DNA of 64,000 nucleotides from Vampirovibrionaceae bacterium NZW_1234 (GCA_041697335.1 JBGUGD010000035.1:1-64000), one strand, 5' to 3'; positions 1 to 10,577 are shown, counted from the stretch's first letter. Notes: generated from the letters alone by a model not told the origin. Numbers and translations: made by a program.

Positions 1-993
1 ATGCATCTTACAAGTAATTAAAAAGTCCAATTGCGCTGTAATCGCTTTTAGTTCCTGCGTATTAAGCCCCAAAGGCAAACAGTGGACTGGGGTGTCGGGA
101 TATTCTTTTTTAAAATCCTCAAACAGCTTTTTAAGGAATTCTGGCTCACCATTGCGGTAATCATGGTAGAGAAACATGAAACTCAATTTCTGAGGGAGTG
201 CCTGGGTAAGCTCGGATAGAAAAACACAACAATTGGCAACGGAAGTGTTGGTTGAAGCGCTGGAGTGTGCAAAAAATTCAGGATTCAGGTTTACGCCAAT
301 CACAAGCCGCCCATCTTGTTGCTGTTGTTGAATAAAGTCTAAGGAACACTGTATCCGAGAAGACTCGGCATAAGGCTCTAATAAAAAAGCGAGATCTGCT
401 GTTAAATGGATGTTCAGGTATTCACCGCAGATAGCCAATAGTCGGTCTAAAGAGCGTTTGTCCCGGACAAATAATTTTACGCTGTGCGGCATGTGCTGTA
501 AGTAAGGTAAAACAGCCGTTTTTGGCGAGCTATTGAAGCTAAACCCTGTTGTCATAGCATCTCTGCCCAAAGCCGCTGCAATATGAAGTGAGCCAAGGTA
601 TAAGCAGGATTGCTGCTCGCTATAAAAACCATCCAGCACATCGGCACCCATGACGATAAGTTTACGATACCGAAACAGGAGCAGCCATAGAAAGCACAGT
701 GGCCAAAGCCGTGTTATTTTTTTCAAGCTCAAATACTCAATTTGAGAATCACGTAAAGCAGATTGATATTGGGGACTATAATCCTTAAGCTCGGCAATTG
801 AAAAATTAAGCACGCCTATCTTGGTGTATCCCATTCCAACAAGCTGGCTTATCAAGACCAGCAACATGGCTTCGTCCCCGAGGCTTCCTGGATGAAAGCA
901 AGGAGGAACGATAATCACTGAATTCTTTGGCGTCACTGAAAAAAAGGGTTTAATGCAGCGGGCAACGGCTTGAGCAAAATGGAATAAAAACAT
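1..993 (-). CDS. Polysaccharide pyruvyl transferase family protein (3' end runs off the window)
   Basis: Manual translation from ATG at 993: GSLGDEAML, IVMGADVLDGFY, LFVRDKRS, TADLAFLL, ITCKMH motifs; frame open to position 1; absent from ORF track because no stop in window. Confidence 0.8.
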   Translation of the reverse strand, partial: MFLFHFAQAVARCIKPFFSVTPKNSVIIVPPCFHPGSLGDEAMLLVLISQLVGMGYTKIGVLNFSIAELKDYSPQYQSALRDSQIEYLSLKKITRLWPLCFLWLLLFRYRKLIVMGADVLDGFYSEQQSCLYLGSLHIAAALGRDAMTTGFSFNSSPKTAVLPYLQHMPHSVKLFVRDKRSLDRLLAICGEYLNIHLTADLAFLLEPYAESSRIQCSLDFIQQQQQDGRLVIGVNLNPEFFAHSSASTNTSVANCCVFLSELTQALPQKLSFMFLYHDYRNGEPEFLKKLFEDFKKEYPDTPVHCLPLGLNTQELKAITAQLDFLITCKMH

Positions 994-1857
994 GGCATGG
1001 TGGTTTGCAAGTAAAAATTTATTTTACCCGCCTTGACACTGTTTCAACCTCTTCCTTTTAGAGTATATTCTGTTTGTTTTAGCGTTGTGGCATTGTCTTG
1101 TTCGGGCTGGTTCGGCCCATTCAGAACAAGTATGGCAAGGCACAAGCCATAGACCGAAAGGCGTTACGTTAGTTGGGACAGGATTCACTTCGGATTTTCA
1201 GTTCTCTAGAGGCGTATTGGCCAAATTGCGAATCTGTTCTCAACACAAGAACAACGAAGGTGATGATTTTCATGGTTTCAGGCATCGTAATTTTCATCTG
1301 TCGGTTTTGTGGGCTTTATTGCCATATTTTTTCCACACTCAAATTTACAACAAATGAATAAATAACCCAGCGTCATCTGATTATGCCTGCAGGTACTGTG
1401 AATGAGGCAACACGGAGAATATATCCTCACGTTTTAATACGATGATTGGCTTTGTTTAATGTACCCATCGACCTTTATCCTAAAACAGTTCAAAAAAATA
1501 GCCCCTTTCGACAGGAGCCTGGAATGATATAAAGAGCAAAGAAACACCTGAATGGATTTCTTGAGTAGGTCTATCATACCCATTGGGTCTCGGGGAGGCA
1601 TCGCTCTTTTGATAGTCATTCTTATGGGGCTATTGACCTAGTTCGCACTCCGCCGTTCAAAGGGGGTGTGTGCCAAGTCCAATGAGTGAGCCCCGATTCA
1701 CTCGCCTGTCTCATGCCAAGCACAAGCGTGTGGATTATAGTAACAAGTGCAAGCCGGAAAGCCTCTCAAAAAGTCAAGGACAAGGTCCAAGACCTCTGAG
1801 AGACCGCTATTGTACGCCGGTTGCTTGCCCCGTGATATAAACAGAGGAGGTTACCCA

Positions 1858-2007
1858 ATGCGCTTATCCAATGCAAAGTATGCATCCTTTGTGAGACAAG
1901 ACAACCGCACGACTTCTAGAAACTGGGCCTATTCGGATGAGCTATGGGATAAGACGGCTTGTCCTTCGGATCATCCACGCCAAGACCCTGTTCGTTCCGG
2001 AAGATGA
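1858..2007 (+). CDS. Small hypothetical protein (49 aa, MRLSNAKYASF...)
   Basis: Strong RBS AGAGGAGG at 1843-1850, 7 nt before ATG; candidate -10 TATAGT at 1736-1741. Confidence 0.4.
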   Translation: MRLSNAKYASFVRQDNRTTSRNWAYSDELWDKTACPSDHPRQDPVRSGR

Positions 2008-2243
2008 GCCTGTCGATGACGCGGTTGGCAAAGTGCCTTGGCAACGGTTACCAGGTTGATGGGGCATCGGCCAGAACCACCATGGGTACAGGGCTCAGAA
2101 AACTGGCCCACCTGACTGAATTACTGGTGATCCCCATGATCCTGACCCTCCTGTTGCATGCCCATGCCCTGACCTGGGTGAACCCGGAGGAACCGGCAGC
2201 CGCCAAGGTGCTGCAAACCCTGTTTACAACGTTACCCTTCTAG
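2004..2243 (+). CDS. Small hypothetical protein with one hydrophobic segment
   Basis: ATGA overlap with the previous ORF stop; LLVIPMILTLLLHAHAL hydrophobic stretch. Confidence 0.3.
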   Translation: MSLSMTRLAKCLGNGYQVDGASARTTMGTGLRKLAHLTELLVIPMILTLLLHAHALTWVNPEEPAAAKVLQTLFTTLPF

Positions 2244-2368
2244 TCACCACACCCTCAACATACGCTCTCTCTTATTCAACAGAGTACATCCTAACACCCG
2301 CAGCAGATTTTCTCACTTGAGTCTGGCGGGTTTTTCTTTGACTCACGACCACAACATAACTTCCAGAC

Positions 2369-2406
2369 AAAAAAAAGCTGTCTCATACGAGTCATTCGAG
2401 ACAGCT
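2369..2406 (-). terminator. Rho-independent terminator
   Basis: AGCTGTCTC...GAGACAGCT stem followed by U8 on the minus strand, downstream of 2454-2957. Confidence 0.6.
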
Positions 2407-2453
2407 GCGCTTGAACGTACCCAACTTGGGGTAAAACTTGTTTTAACCCGGCA

Positions 2454-2957
2454 TTACGACACCAAGGCCTCGTGAAAATAGCGGGTGTCCCCGGCCAAGA
2501 GTCTTTCGAATACGCCATCCAATGCCTGGGTTTGCTGAGGAATCACCTCACGGGTTTTGGCCAGCCAATCCCCAAGCTGATCGAGAAACCCTTGGCCGAC
2601 ACGCTCGGCATCTTCCGGGTGAAAGGCAATGGCTTGCTGAAACACCAGCCCGGCAAAGTAGGCATCATCCAGGTAGCCCCAGAAGCCATACTCCTCTTCG
2701 GGTAAAAAATCCAACGTATGATACACATAGGTCAGAACATAGCCGTAAAGCTTTTTCAGGTCCGACGGAGTGGCCTCGGACTCGAACCAAATGCGGGTCT
2801 GCTGGATGACCTCGGGTAACGCCAAAATAAAGTGCTTCAGTGTGGCACGATAGGCCTTAGCCTTGGTGCCCTGCGCCACTTGCAAAAAGCGATTTTCCAG
2901 AGACGTATCTGTCTCTGCAAGGCATTGCTGAAGTTTGACCTTGATACCACTTCCCAT
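2454..2957 (-). CDS. DUF1232/YkvA-like domain protein
   Basis: YVYHTLDFLPEEEYGFWGYLDDA matches the 'Y..P.D.IPD....GY.DD' signature. Confidence 0.7.
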   Translation of the reverse strand: MGSGIKVKLQQCLAETDTSLENRFLQVAQGTKAKAYRATLKHFILALPEVIQQTRIWFESEATPSDLKKLYGYVLTYVYHTLDFLPEEEYGFWGYLDDAYFAGLVFQQAIAFHPEDAERVGQGFLDQLGDWLAKTREVIPQQTQALDGVFERLLAGDTRYFHEALVS

Positions 2958-3180
2958 AGGGGGGCTACTTTCTCAACGGTTCTTCTCGTCTGATGGACAA
3001 CAAAACGAATGGTACTAGATTCACTATGTCACAGGATATGTCATTAACCATCCCGCCGGGGTGGGACCAGACGGCCTCATTGGAGCGATCCCATCCATGG
3101 GTCGAAAGAGGGATCCGACAATCCCTCCAAGGATCAATGCCGCTTACCCCAAATGCGGTAACTGGCTCGAGATCCCGGGA

Positions 3181-4428
3181 TTACCAGAGTTGGTTGCGAA
3201 TGGGGATTTGCTTTTCCTGAACCGACCAGTAGGCGCTGATGTCTTCCAATCGGTGAAACAAGGGCAACCATGGGCGGCTGGCATCCTGCACACCCTGGGG
3301 TGTTAAGGCCCGGGCCTTGGTGTTCCACAACAGATCGGGCAGGTTATTGGGAGTGCTGTAATAAAACACCGTATTGCCTTCCAGGTGCCCCACGCCAAAG
3401 GGGTACTTGTAGACGTTATAGCGGGTTAAAAACTCGCGAAGCCTTGAACGCTCGTCGGCAGACACCCCGGGATGGTGCTCAGACAGCAGGGGGTGTTCGA
3501 CAAAGGAATGAATGAGCTCTAACTGGTTGGGTCGAAGCTGCTTCAGCCGGTTTTTGACCGGGGTTTCGTAACGGGCGTTGTCCAACTCCTGGTAGCCTTC
3601 CAAAATGGCTTTCACCGCGTCATCGGTTTTGCCCGCCTGTAACGTCTGAAACCGTTGCAGGGCTTTTTGGTGGGCACCGGCCACGACGAAGTAGACTTTT
3701 TTGTAGGCGTTCACCAGGTGAGGCAAGTGCTTGTTCTGCTGATGATGCAGGGCATCCCCATGGCCCAGGGCCTCACAAAAGAACTGGGCCCCAGTGGCCA
3801 GATAATCGTCCACAATAATCAAGGCCTGCTGAGACTTGTCCTGCCCATCGGTGGCCAACGCCCATTGATCATGAAACTTAACCTTGGGAATGCCGTTGGT
3901 TTTCCGGTACAAATAACTGATGATATCGCCGCTACTGGCCCGGTAAAGCGTGGTAAAAGCTACTTTGGACAAAGGATCCGCCCCTGACTTGTCCAGAAAG
4001 CCATCCTGTTCAAGGGCTGCAAGTAGGCGCTGATGGGCCTGTCTCAAATGGCCCAAGAGCCGGGGGTGATCGATGTAGCGTAACTTATCGAGAAACAACA
4101 AGGCCGTCGGGCGATCAGCTGGACGAAACTGCTTGAGCCAGGCTTCAAAATGCGCCCGTCGCCGCTTTTGGATCTCCTGTACACTGACGGTTTCCGCCTC
4201 GCCAGGGGCCAGGGTCACGGGCAAAAAGGCTTCAATTTTCTGGAAGACCTGGGTTTTCAATCGGGCAAAGGAAACCGGGGCGGCCCCCCCAAAGACCAGC
4301 CGGGATGAAGACATGCCTCCCGCAGGGCTGACTGTCATGGTGTGATGTCTGACCGGGCCAGCCGACGCCCCGAATCCGGGACTGGCAGAAAGCCTCTTAT
4401 GATTGTTATTTAAATTCAACGAAAACAT
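3181..4428 (-). CDS. Phosphoribosyltransferase-like (PRTase-fold) protein with N-terminal low-complexity extension
   Basis: PRPP-loop-like LIIVDDYLATGAQF; C-terminal PFGVG...VFYYSTPNNLPDLLW. Confidence 0.6.
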   Translation of the reverse strand: MFSLNLNNNHKRLSASPGFGASAGPVRHHTMTVSPAGGMSSSRLVFGGAAPVSFARLKTQVFQKIEAFLPVTLAPGEAETVSVQEIQKRRRAHFEAWLKQFRPADRPTALLFLDKLRYIDHPRLLGHLRQAHQRLLAALEQDGFLDKSGADPLSKVAFTTLYRASSGDIISYLYRKTNGIPKVKFHDQWALATDGQDKSQQALIIVDDYLATGAQFFCEALGHGDALHHQQNKHLPHLVNAYKKVYFVVAGAHQKALQRFQTLQAGKTDDAVKAILEGYQELDNARYETPVKNRLKQLRPNQLELIHSFVEHPLLSEHHPGVSADERSRLREFLTRYNVYKYPFGVGHLEGNTVFYYSTPNNLPDLLWNTKARALTPQGVQDASRPWLPLFHRLEDISAYWSVQEKQIPIRNQLW

Positions 4429-4519
4429 ACCTGCACCATAGATCAGACCCTGGCCCCGGTCAAGCCGGAAGCTTCTGGATAGGGCGCTATGCTAAGATCA
4501 GAACAGGCTTGCCCTTGGC

Positions 4520-5683
4520 GTGAGCCGCCCCAACGGTCAGACAAATCCGGACACCACTATGACGTCCCCATCGGTTGATTCACCCCGAACGCCTTCGGAC
4601 TGGGCCTGGCTTTCCTCCATGGACATCCGCTCGCTCGCCCTCTTTCGGGTCGGCTTGGGGACGGCTGTTCTGTTACACGTAAGCCCATTGGCTGCTGTGG
4701 TTTCTGAGGCCGGGTTTGGCTGGGGCAGCCAAACCGCTGCCATGGTGTTATCTCTGGTCCTCGCTCTCAGCACCCTGGCCCTCATCGTCGGGTATCGCAC
4801 CGGCCGGGCCACACTGTTGACCTGGGGGCTTTCGGTATTGCTGCCCTCTTTACTGTCACCCGAATCCCTTAAACAAGACCCCGCCTGGAACAGCGTGTCC
4901 GTTTTTCTGGGGTGGGCCACCCTGGTGCCCTTAGGCCATGCGTGGTCTGTGGACCGGGCGTTGGATCCGGCTCAAGGGCAAAACTTATCCGATTCCATCT
5001 CCCGTCTGAGCACCCTGGGCCTGAAGCTCCAGATTCTCTGGCTCCTGATTCGGCTGTCGCAATACCCGACAGGTATGACCCCTGCCCTGGCTGGCGTGAC
5101 CTTGATTGCCCTTCTGGCATGGCTGCCCTCCTGGGCTTGGGATCGGTGGGGTGTCCCCCGCATCAATCGCCCCCGGCAAGAAACACTGGAAATTATTTAC
5201 GACGGGGACTGCCGCTTTTGCTATAAATTGCTCTGCCTCATCCGCACCGCCTTTCTGGTTTGGCATGTGCCTATGCGCCCGGCACAAAGTGATCCGGACC
5301 TATTGCAGGCCATGGAATCCTATCATTCCTGGATTGTTCTGGGGCCAAACGGGGAGCATTATACGGAAAGCACCGCCATGAAACACCTGCTGGAAACGTC
5401 GCCCCTGGGGAGCCCCTTGGTCTTTCTCCTTAAGCAGTTTACGCCATGGTTCGACCAGGCCTACCGCTGGGTGGCCCGTCATCGTGGGGGCTTATCGAAA
5501 GGCATCGCCTTTGTAACACCGCAGCGTCTTACCGCGGCCGTATCACCGCTTCAGGAAATAATTGCCGGATGTGGTCTACTTTTGTGCCTGTGGCACGTGG
5601 GAACCTCGTTTATTGCCCCCATGCCCTGGCCACTCCCTGCGAGTTTACAACGCGTGCTGCCGCTGGTCCTGGTGGACTTCTAA
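4520..5683 (+). CDS. Membrane protein, HTTM-like N-terminus fused to DCC1/DUF393 thiol-disulfide oxidoreductase domain
   Basis: DIRSLALFRVGLG and PLGHAWSVD (HTTM-like), several TM helices, IYDGDCRFC (DxxCxxC) and YRWVARHR. Confidence 0.7.
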   Translation: MSRPNGQTNPDTTMTSPSVDSPRTPSDWAWLSSMDIRSLALFRVGLGTAVLLHVSPLAAVVSEAGFGWGSQTAAMVLSLVLALSTLALIVGYRTGRATLLTWGLSVLLPSLLSPESLKQDPAWNSVSVFLGWATLVPLGHAWSVDRALDPAQGQNLSDSISRLSTLGLKLQILWLLIRLSQYPTGMTPALAGVTLIALLAWLPSWAWDRWGVPRINRPRQETLEIIYDGDCRFCYKLLCLIRTAFLVWHVPMRPAQSDPDLLQAMESYHSWIVLGPNGEHYTESTAMKHLLETSPLGSPLVFLLKQFTPWFDQAYRWVARHRGGLSKGIAFVTPQRLTAAVSPLQEIIAGCGLLLCLWHVGTSFIAPMPWPLPASLQRVLPLVLVDF

Positions 5684-6589
5684 GTGAACTTCTGAACCGG
5701 GCGGGCGCTGAAAGGCACCGGTGAGGCAGGTCAACGACAAGCCCAAACAAAGGGCATTGAAGGCCCACAGCTGGATATCGGAGGCCTGTCGATGATTGCA
5801 GAACCAGGCTTGCCACAGAGCTTGATGGGCCGGGAGTTGCCCCAATGGATGCTTATAGGCTTGTCGCTCAAAATGCGCCTGAATCCGTGCCGGGGTCGGA
5901 AGCACAAATCCGGCCTGCTTTCCTCCCACATCAAAGGCCGGAGCCAAGCTCATCAGCATCAGGAGCACGGCCAAGACAACCCCTCGGCTCAAGCATTGCC
6001 AAAGCAGGTGACTCCACTCGGAAACCTGCCACACCCACAAGCCCGCCATGGCCATGTAGATCATCATTATGAGGTCGACGTAATACTGGGTCACTTCCCC
6101 CGGATGGAGGAGCGATACCCCATACATCAAGGCCAGCGGCAGCAAGACAAAAGCGCCCCAAAAGACTTCGCCTAAAGGCCCTGGCGGTGGCTCACTCTGA
6201 GCAGGACTTCGATGTTCCCTGGCATCCGCAACAGGAAGCGAGCCTTGAGAGGCCCATGCGGGAGAAGACGGCTCTGACAAGCCGCCGAAGACAAAAGCCC
6301 CTTTGCCCTGAGACGCCCAGGTTTCAGCCAGGTGGGATTGAAAAAAATTTTCTTCCCAAGGTCGAACCGGCCATGAAGCTTCGCCAGCCTCGTCATTCGA
6401 CGAATCTCTTGGCGACTTGCGCTGGAAGCCATCCACAGCATCTTCTATGCGATGGCGCCCGAGGGAAGGACCAAACTCATCCAAGGGTGTTGCCATGCCC
6501 TCGGGATGACGACCCTGCCTTTGCCGGGCCTGGTGAATGCCTGCCAAGGCGGAGGGTTGATGAAGGTAGATCTTATCAATGCGGACCAT
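5645..6589 (-). CDS. Hypothetical membrane protein
   Basis: Long ORF, probable start ATG 6589; 3-4 C-terminal hydrophobic helices; 39-nt 3' overlap with the convergent gene. Confidence 0.55.
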   Translation of the reverse strand: MVRIDKIYLHQPSALAGIHQARQRQGRHPEGMATPLDEFGPSLGRHRIEDAVDGFQRKSPRDSSNDEAGEASWPVRPWEENFFQSHLAETWASQGKGAFVFGGLSEPSSPAWASQGSLPVADAREHRSPAQSEPPPGPLGEVFWGAFVLLPLALMYGVSLLHPGEVTQYYVDLIMMIYMAMAGLWVWQVSEWSHLLWQCLSRGVVLAVLLMLMSLAPAFDVGGKQAGFVLPTPARIQAHFERQAYKHPLGQLPAHQALWQAWFCNHRQASDIQLWAFNALCLGLSLTCLTGAFQRPPGSEVHLEVHQDQRQHAL

Positions 6590-6788
6590 GGGGTATCCTT
6601 TTGACAGGCCTTTGCGCACCGGAACCAAAGATGTGTGAGGACCGTGTTTTTCTAAACACACCTGCAAAACCAAAATTGCCTGAAGCACATCACCGCTCCA
6701 TTCCATGGCTGGCCTTCAAGGCGCCGGTTGCTTTACAATAAGCTTAATGTTTTACCACAGCGGTGGGTTGATAAAGGAAACATAACAC

Positions 6789-7814
6789 ATGACGTCCCCG
6801 AAAAAAGCATTGATTACAGGCATTACCGGCCAGGACGGCTCTTACTTGACCGAATTTCTCCTGGAAAAAGGGTATGAGGTTCATGGGCTCATTCGCCGCT
6901 CTAGCTCCTTCAATACCGGGCGGATTGATCACCTCTACCAGGATCCCCATCACACCGATACCCGGCTGTTTTTGCATTACGGCGATCTGTCGGATGCGTC
7001 AAACCTCTCTCGGTTACTGGAAAAAATTCATCCGGATGAAATCTATAACCTCGGGGCCCAAAGCCACGTGCAGGTCAGCTTTACCATTCCAGAATACACG
7101 GGCGAAGTCACCGGCCTGGGAACCTTGCGGCTGTTGGACGCAATTCGGGAAACCGAAATTCAAACCCGCTTTTATCAAGCCTCTTCAAGTGAAATGTACG
7201 GCAAAGTCCAGGAAATCCCGCAATCGGAAAAAACGCCGTTTTATCCCAGAAGCCCCTATGGTTGTGCAAAGGTCTACGCTTACTGGATGACGGTGAATTA
7301 TCGGGAAAGTTACAATCTGTATGCCTGCAACGGCATTTTGTTCAACCACGAATCGCCCCGGCGTGGGGAAACGTTTGTGACCCGAAAAATTACCCGAGCC
7401 TTGGCCCGGATTTTAGCCGGCAAGCAAAACAAATTGTATCTGGGGAATCTGGATGCGAAGCGGGATTGGGGTCATGCGAAAGACTATGTGGAAGCGATGT
7501 GGCTGATGCTGCAACAGGATCAGCCGGATGACTATGTGATTGCCACGGGAGAAACCCACATGGTACGAGACTTCTTGGCAGAAGCCTTTGGTCTGGTCGG
7601 ACGGGATTGGGAACGCTATGTTGAAATTGATGCCCAGTACCTGCGCCCTGCCGAGGTTGACATCCTTCTGGGGGATGCCTCCAAAGCCCGCGAAAAATTG
7701 GGCTGGCAACCGAAATTCTCCTTCAAGGACCTGGTCCGGGATATGGTCGAATCCGACCTGAACGTTGAGGGATTGTCCCTGGACACTGTGACCAGCTCCT
7801 CGTTACGAGGTTAG
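6789..7814 (+). CDS. gmd: GDP-mannose 4,6-dehydratase
   Basis: [49 protein letters not shown]. Confidence 0.98.
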   Translation: MTSPKKALITGITGQDGSYLTEFLLEKGYEVHGLIRRSSSFNTGRIDHLYQDPHHTDTRLFLHYGDLSDASNLSRLLEKIHPDEIYNLGAQSHVQVSFTIPEYTGEVTGLGTLRLLDAIRETEIQTRFYQASSSEMYGKVQEIPQSEKTPFYPRSPYGCAKVYAYWMTVNYRESYNLYACNGILFNHESPRRGETFVTRKITRALARILAGKQNKLYLGNLDAKRDWGHAKDYVEAMWLMLQQDQPDDYVIATGETHMVRDFLAEAFGLVGRDWERYVEIDAQYLRPAEVDILLGDASKAREKLGWQPKFSFKDLVRDMVESDLNVEGLSLDTVTSSSLRG

Positions 7815-7818
7815 GCTC

Positions 7819-8766
7819 ATGATGGATCGGAGCGCGAAAATTTATGTGGCCGGGCACACAGGCTTGGCTGGCTCCAGCTTTGTGCGGGAATTGACCCGCC
7901 AGGGGTACAGCAACGTGTTGTTAAAAACGCGTCAGGAAGTGGACCTGATGGACGAAGAGGCCGTTGCCCAACTGATGGCCGAGGAAAAACCGGACTATGT
8001 GATAGTTGCCGCCGCCAAAGTGGGCGGTATTTTAGCCAACAATACGTACCCGGCCGATTTTCTCTATGAAAACCTCAAAATTGAACTCAACTTGATTCAT
8101 CATGCCTATCTCAACCACGTCAAGCGCCTTCTGTTTTTAGGCAGTTCATGTATCTATCCCAAGCTTTGCCCACAACCCATTCGGGAAGAATACCTGTTGA
8201 CCGGCGCCCTGGAGCCCACCAATGAGGCCTATGCGCTGGCCAAAATCAGTGGCCTGAAATTGTGTCAATCTTACAATCGCCAGTATGGCACCCGCTTTAT
8301 TTCGGCCATGCCCACCAATTTGTATGGCATCAATGATAATTTTGACCTGGAGACCTCTCACGTGCTACCGGCCCTCATTCGCAAGGTCCACGAGGCCAAA
8401 CTTACCGGCGCCAAGGACGTAACCTTGTGGGGAACCGGGACAGCGCGACGGGAGTTTTTGTTCGTAGACGATCTGGCTCGAGCCGGTCTCTTTCTCTTGA
8501 ATGCCGAAAACCCGCCGGAAGTTCTCAACGTGGGCGTGGGCGAAGATATTTCCATTCGGGATCTCGCCGAACTGATTCGGCAGATCGTTGGCTTTGACGG
8601 TACATTCGTCTTTGACACCAACAAACCCGATGGCACCCCTCAAAAATTATTGGATATGTCGCTCCTGCATGAGATGGGCTGGAAAGCCCAAACCTCTCTG
8701 GAAGACGGGATTCGGCATACCTACCAGTGGTATGTGAGTCAACAGGCATCCCACGCCCTATCCTAG
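7819..8766 (+). CDS. fcl: GDP-L-fucose synthase
   Basis: IYVAGHTGLAGS, AAAKVGGI, FLGSSCIYP, YALAK, MPTNLYG; directly follows gmd. Confidence 0.97.
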   Translation: MMDRSAKIYVAGHTGLAGSSFVRELTRQGYSNVLLKTRQEVDLMDEEAVAQLMAEEKPDYVIVAAAKVGGILANNTYPADFLYENLKIELNLIHHAYLNHVKRLLFLGSSCIYPKLCPQPIREEYLLTGALEPTNEAYALAKISGLKLCQSYNRQYGTRFISAMPTNLYGINDNFDLETSHVLPALIRKVHEAKLTGAKDVTLWGTGTARREFLFVDDLARAGLFLLNAENPPEVLNVGVGEDISIRDLAELIRQIVGFDGTFVFDTNKPDGTPQKLLDMSLLHEMGWKAQTSLEDGIRHTYQWYVSQQASHALS

Positions 8767-8971
8767 TTAAGGCAGGAAATCACCTGCGAATTTCAAGCCC
8801 AATTGGGCCTTTGAAGCTCATTTGTAACGCGATTGCAATATACGGGATCGGAAATTAACAAAGAATTAATAATTTTTGTTTTTATATTCATACTAGACAT
8901 AGGACAGACATTCGATACGTAAGGACACTAACCACTTGGCTAGTTGTATTTAGACTGGAGGGACGCTGGAC

Positions 8972-9754
8972 ATGGCTGACTTTTTTGGAAATACCTACAT
9001 TCCACCGAGATTAATTGCAGAACGCGGAAGCGCCTTTGGCGGACGCTTTGGCGGCCCGGGCTTTGATGGCTTTTATGCCGGACGACGCATGATGCGGGTC
9101 TACGAATATGGGCGCATGGGGGTCACTCCCTTTCCCATCGATATGTACAGTCGTTTAAACGTGAACGGCAACTTTGGCTTCAACATGCAAGGCAGTGCCT
9201 GGGGCAATGGCTTTGGCATGGGAGGACCCAACGGGTTTATGGGCGGTGTTAACGGAGGCTTCGCCGGTCGCTTCGGGATGTACGGCAATCTCAACGTAAC
9301 CGCCGAAATGGGCCTGGGTCGTGGACAAGCGGATCCATCCAACGCAGCACTGGCCCGCCTATCCAATCCGGACGTGTTTCGGCGCTACGCGACTGCCGAT
9401 GGTGTCTTGACGCCTCAAAGCCTCACGGCTGCCATCAATAACCCTGATACGCCGGCGGAAGACAAAGCGTTGTTTCAACAACTTCTGGCCAACCGCGGTA
9501 CTATCTTTGCCAGTATCGATCCGTTTCGCCGGGATACCGTTACCGGTGGGGATGCCCATTGGAACGGCTGGAGCTTGAATGACATCCGGACTCTGGAACT
9601 TCGTACCCGTCTGGGTCAGAGTATCCCGGAAATCGACCAACAACTCCGCGGGTATATTGGTGCTGAGAGAGGTCTTGGCTATGCGGGTAACGGCTACATC
9701 GATGCCATGCGCCAACGCCGCCTCAACCTGTTCCCCTTAGGCATGGTCGGCTAG
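8972..9754 (+). CDS. Hypothetical protein, Gly/Phe/Met-rich N-terminal half
   Basis: 260-aa ORF, GGAG RBS upstream, terminator downstream. Confidence 0.7.
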   Translation: MADFFGNTYIPPRLIAERGSAFGGRFGGPGFDGFYAGRRMMRVYEYGRMGVTPFPIDMYSRLNVNGNFGFNMQGSAWGNGFGMGGPNGFMGGVNGGFAGRFGMYGNLNVTAEMGLGRGQADPSNAALARLSNPDVFRRYATADGVLTPQSLTAAINNPDTPAEDKALFQQLLANRGTIFASIDPFRRDTVTGGDAHWNGWSLNDIRTLELRTRLGQSIPEIDQQLRGYIGAERGLGYAGNGYIDAMRQRRLNLFPLGMVG

Positions 9755-9778
9755 AACGATAAATCAGAATCACTGCTA

Positions 9779-9812
9779 AAAAACCGGCTGGTCAATCGAT
9801 CCGCCGGTTTTT
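9779..9812 (+). terminator. Rho-independent terminator
   Basis: AAAAACCGGC...GCCGGTTTTT inverted repeat. Confidence 0.7.
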
Positions 9813-9902
9813 GCGTGACACATCCAAGATGGGCTGATTGGCGGAAATGAAGAGTATAATAAATAAAGATAATCGGTTAGGGTTAATAAGAGGCTTCGTT
9901 TC

Positions 9903-10556
9903 ATGCACCCGTCTAAAAAACTATGGTTTCGTGTGAGCGCAACTTCAGCGTTTTTAATGCTCACGTGTATCAGCCTTCAGGGACTTACTGCCCCAGCTGC
10001 CGATTGCGGCATTGCCGGCTCTGAAGCTGCCATCCCTGGCAACAGCTTTGCCGGCTACTGGAGTGGTACTCCAGGGCTGATGCGCCTGATTGAAACCAAT
10101 GTGGGAACCATTGAAGGCCCTGCCTCCGGCTCCAGTTACACCAACGGCCAACAAATGGGCGATACCTTTCAAGGACGCTATGCCTTGGATACCGGCAGCT
10201 TTTATAGCGGACGCGTGACCATGCACATGACCCAAGGCGGTCGTTGCCTGCATGGCACCATTACTTATGACAACGGGGATCCGCCGGATGACATTCTGGC
10301 CATGCGCGTACCAAGACCCTCAATTCCGTATCAACAGTATTATGAACTCACCGATCGCACGGAGCAGCTGAAACACATGGTGGGTGGTATTCTTCCGTTC
10401 AGTATCCTTGATGGTCCGGATCGGGTCACGGTGGATCCAACCTTGAGGCAGATGAATCCTCTGCAATGGCACCCTTCTGCCACGAGCCCCAACAATGCGT
10501 CAGCCCCTTCTACCCCTCAAATGGATGATTCAACCGAGCCTGAGGTGACGGAATAA
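9903..10556 (+). CDS. Hypothetical exported protein
   Basis: Signal-peptide-like N-terminus (KKLWFRVSATSAFLMLTCISL...APAA), 217 aa. Confidence 0.7.
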   Translation: MHPSKKLWFRVSATSAFLMLTCISLQGLTAPAADCGIAGSEAAIPGNSFAGYWSGTPGLMRLIETNVGTIEGPASGSSYTNGQQMGDTFQGRYALDTGSFYSGRVTMHMTQGGRCLHGTITYDNGDPPDDILAMRVPRPSIPYQQYYELTDRTEQLKHMVGGILPFSILDGPDRVTVDPTLRQMNPLQWHPSATSPNNASAPSTPQMDDSTEPEVTE

Positions 10557-10577
10557 CTCTGTAATAAAAAGAATTTT

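Noticed and set aside
1085..1619. Short ORFs 1085-1357, 1173-1361, 1434-1619
   Set aside because: No clear RBS or motifs; cannot be told from chance ORFs
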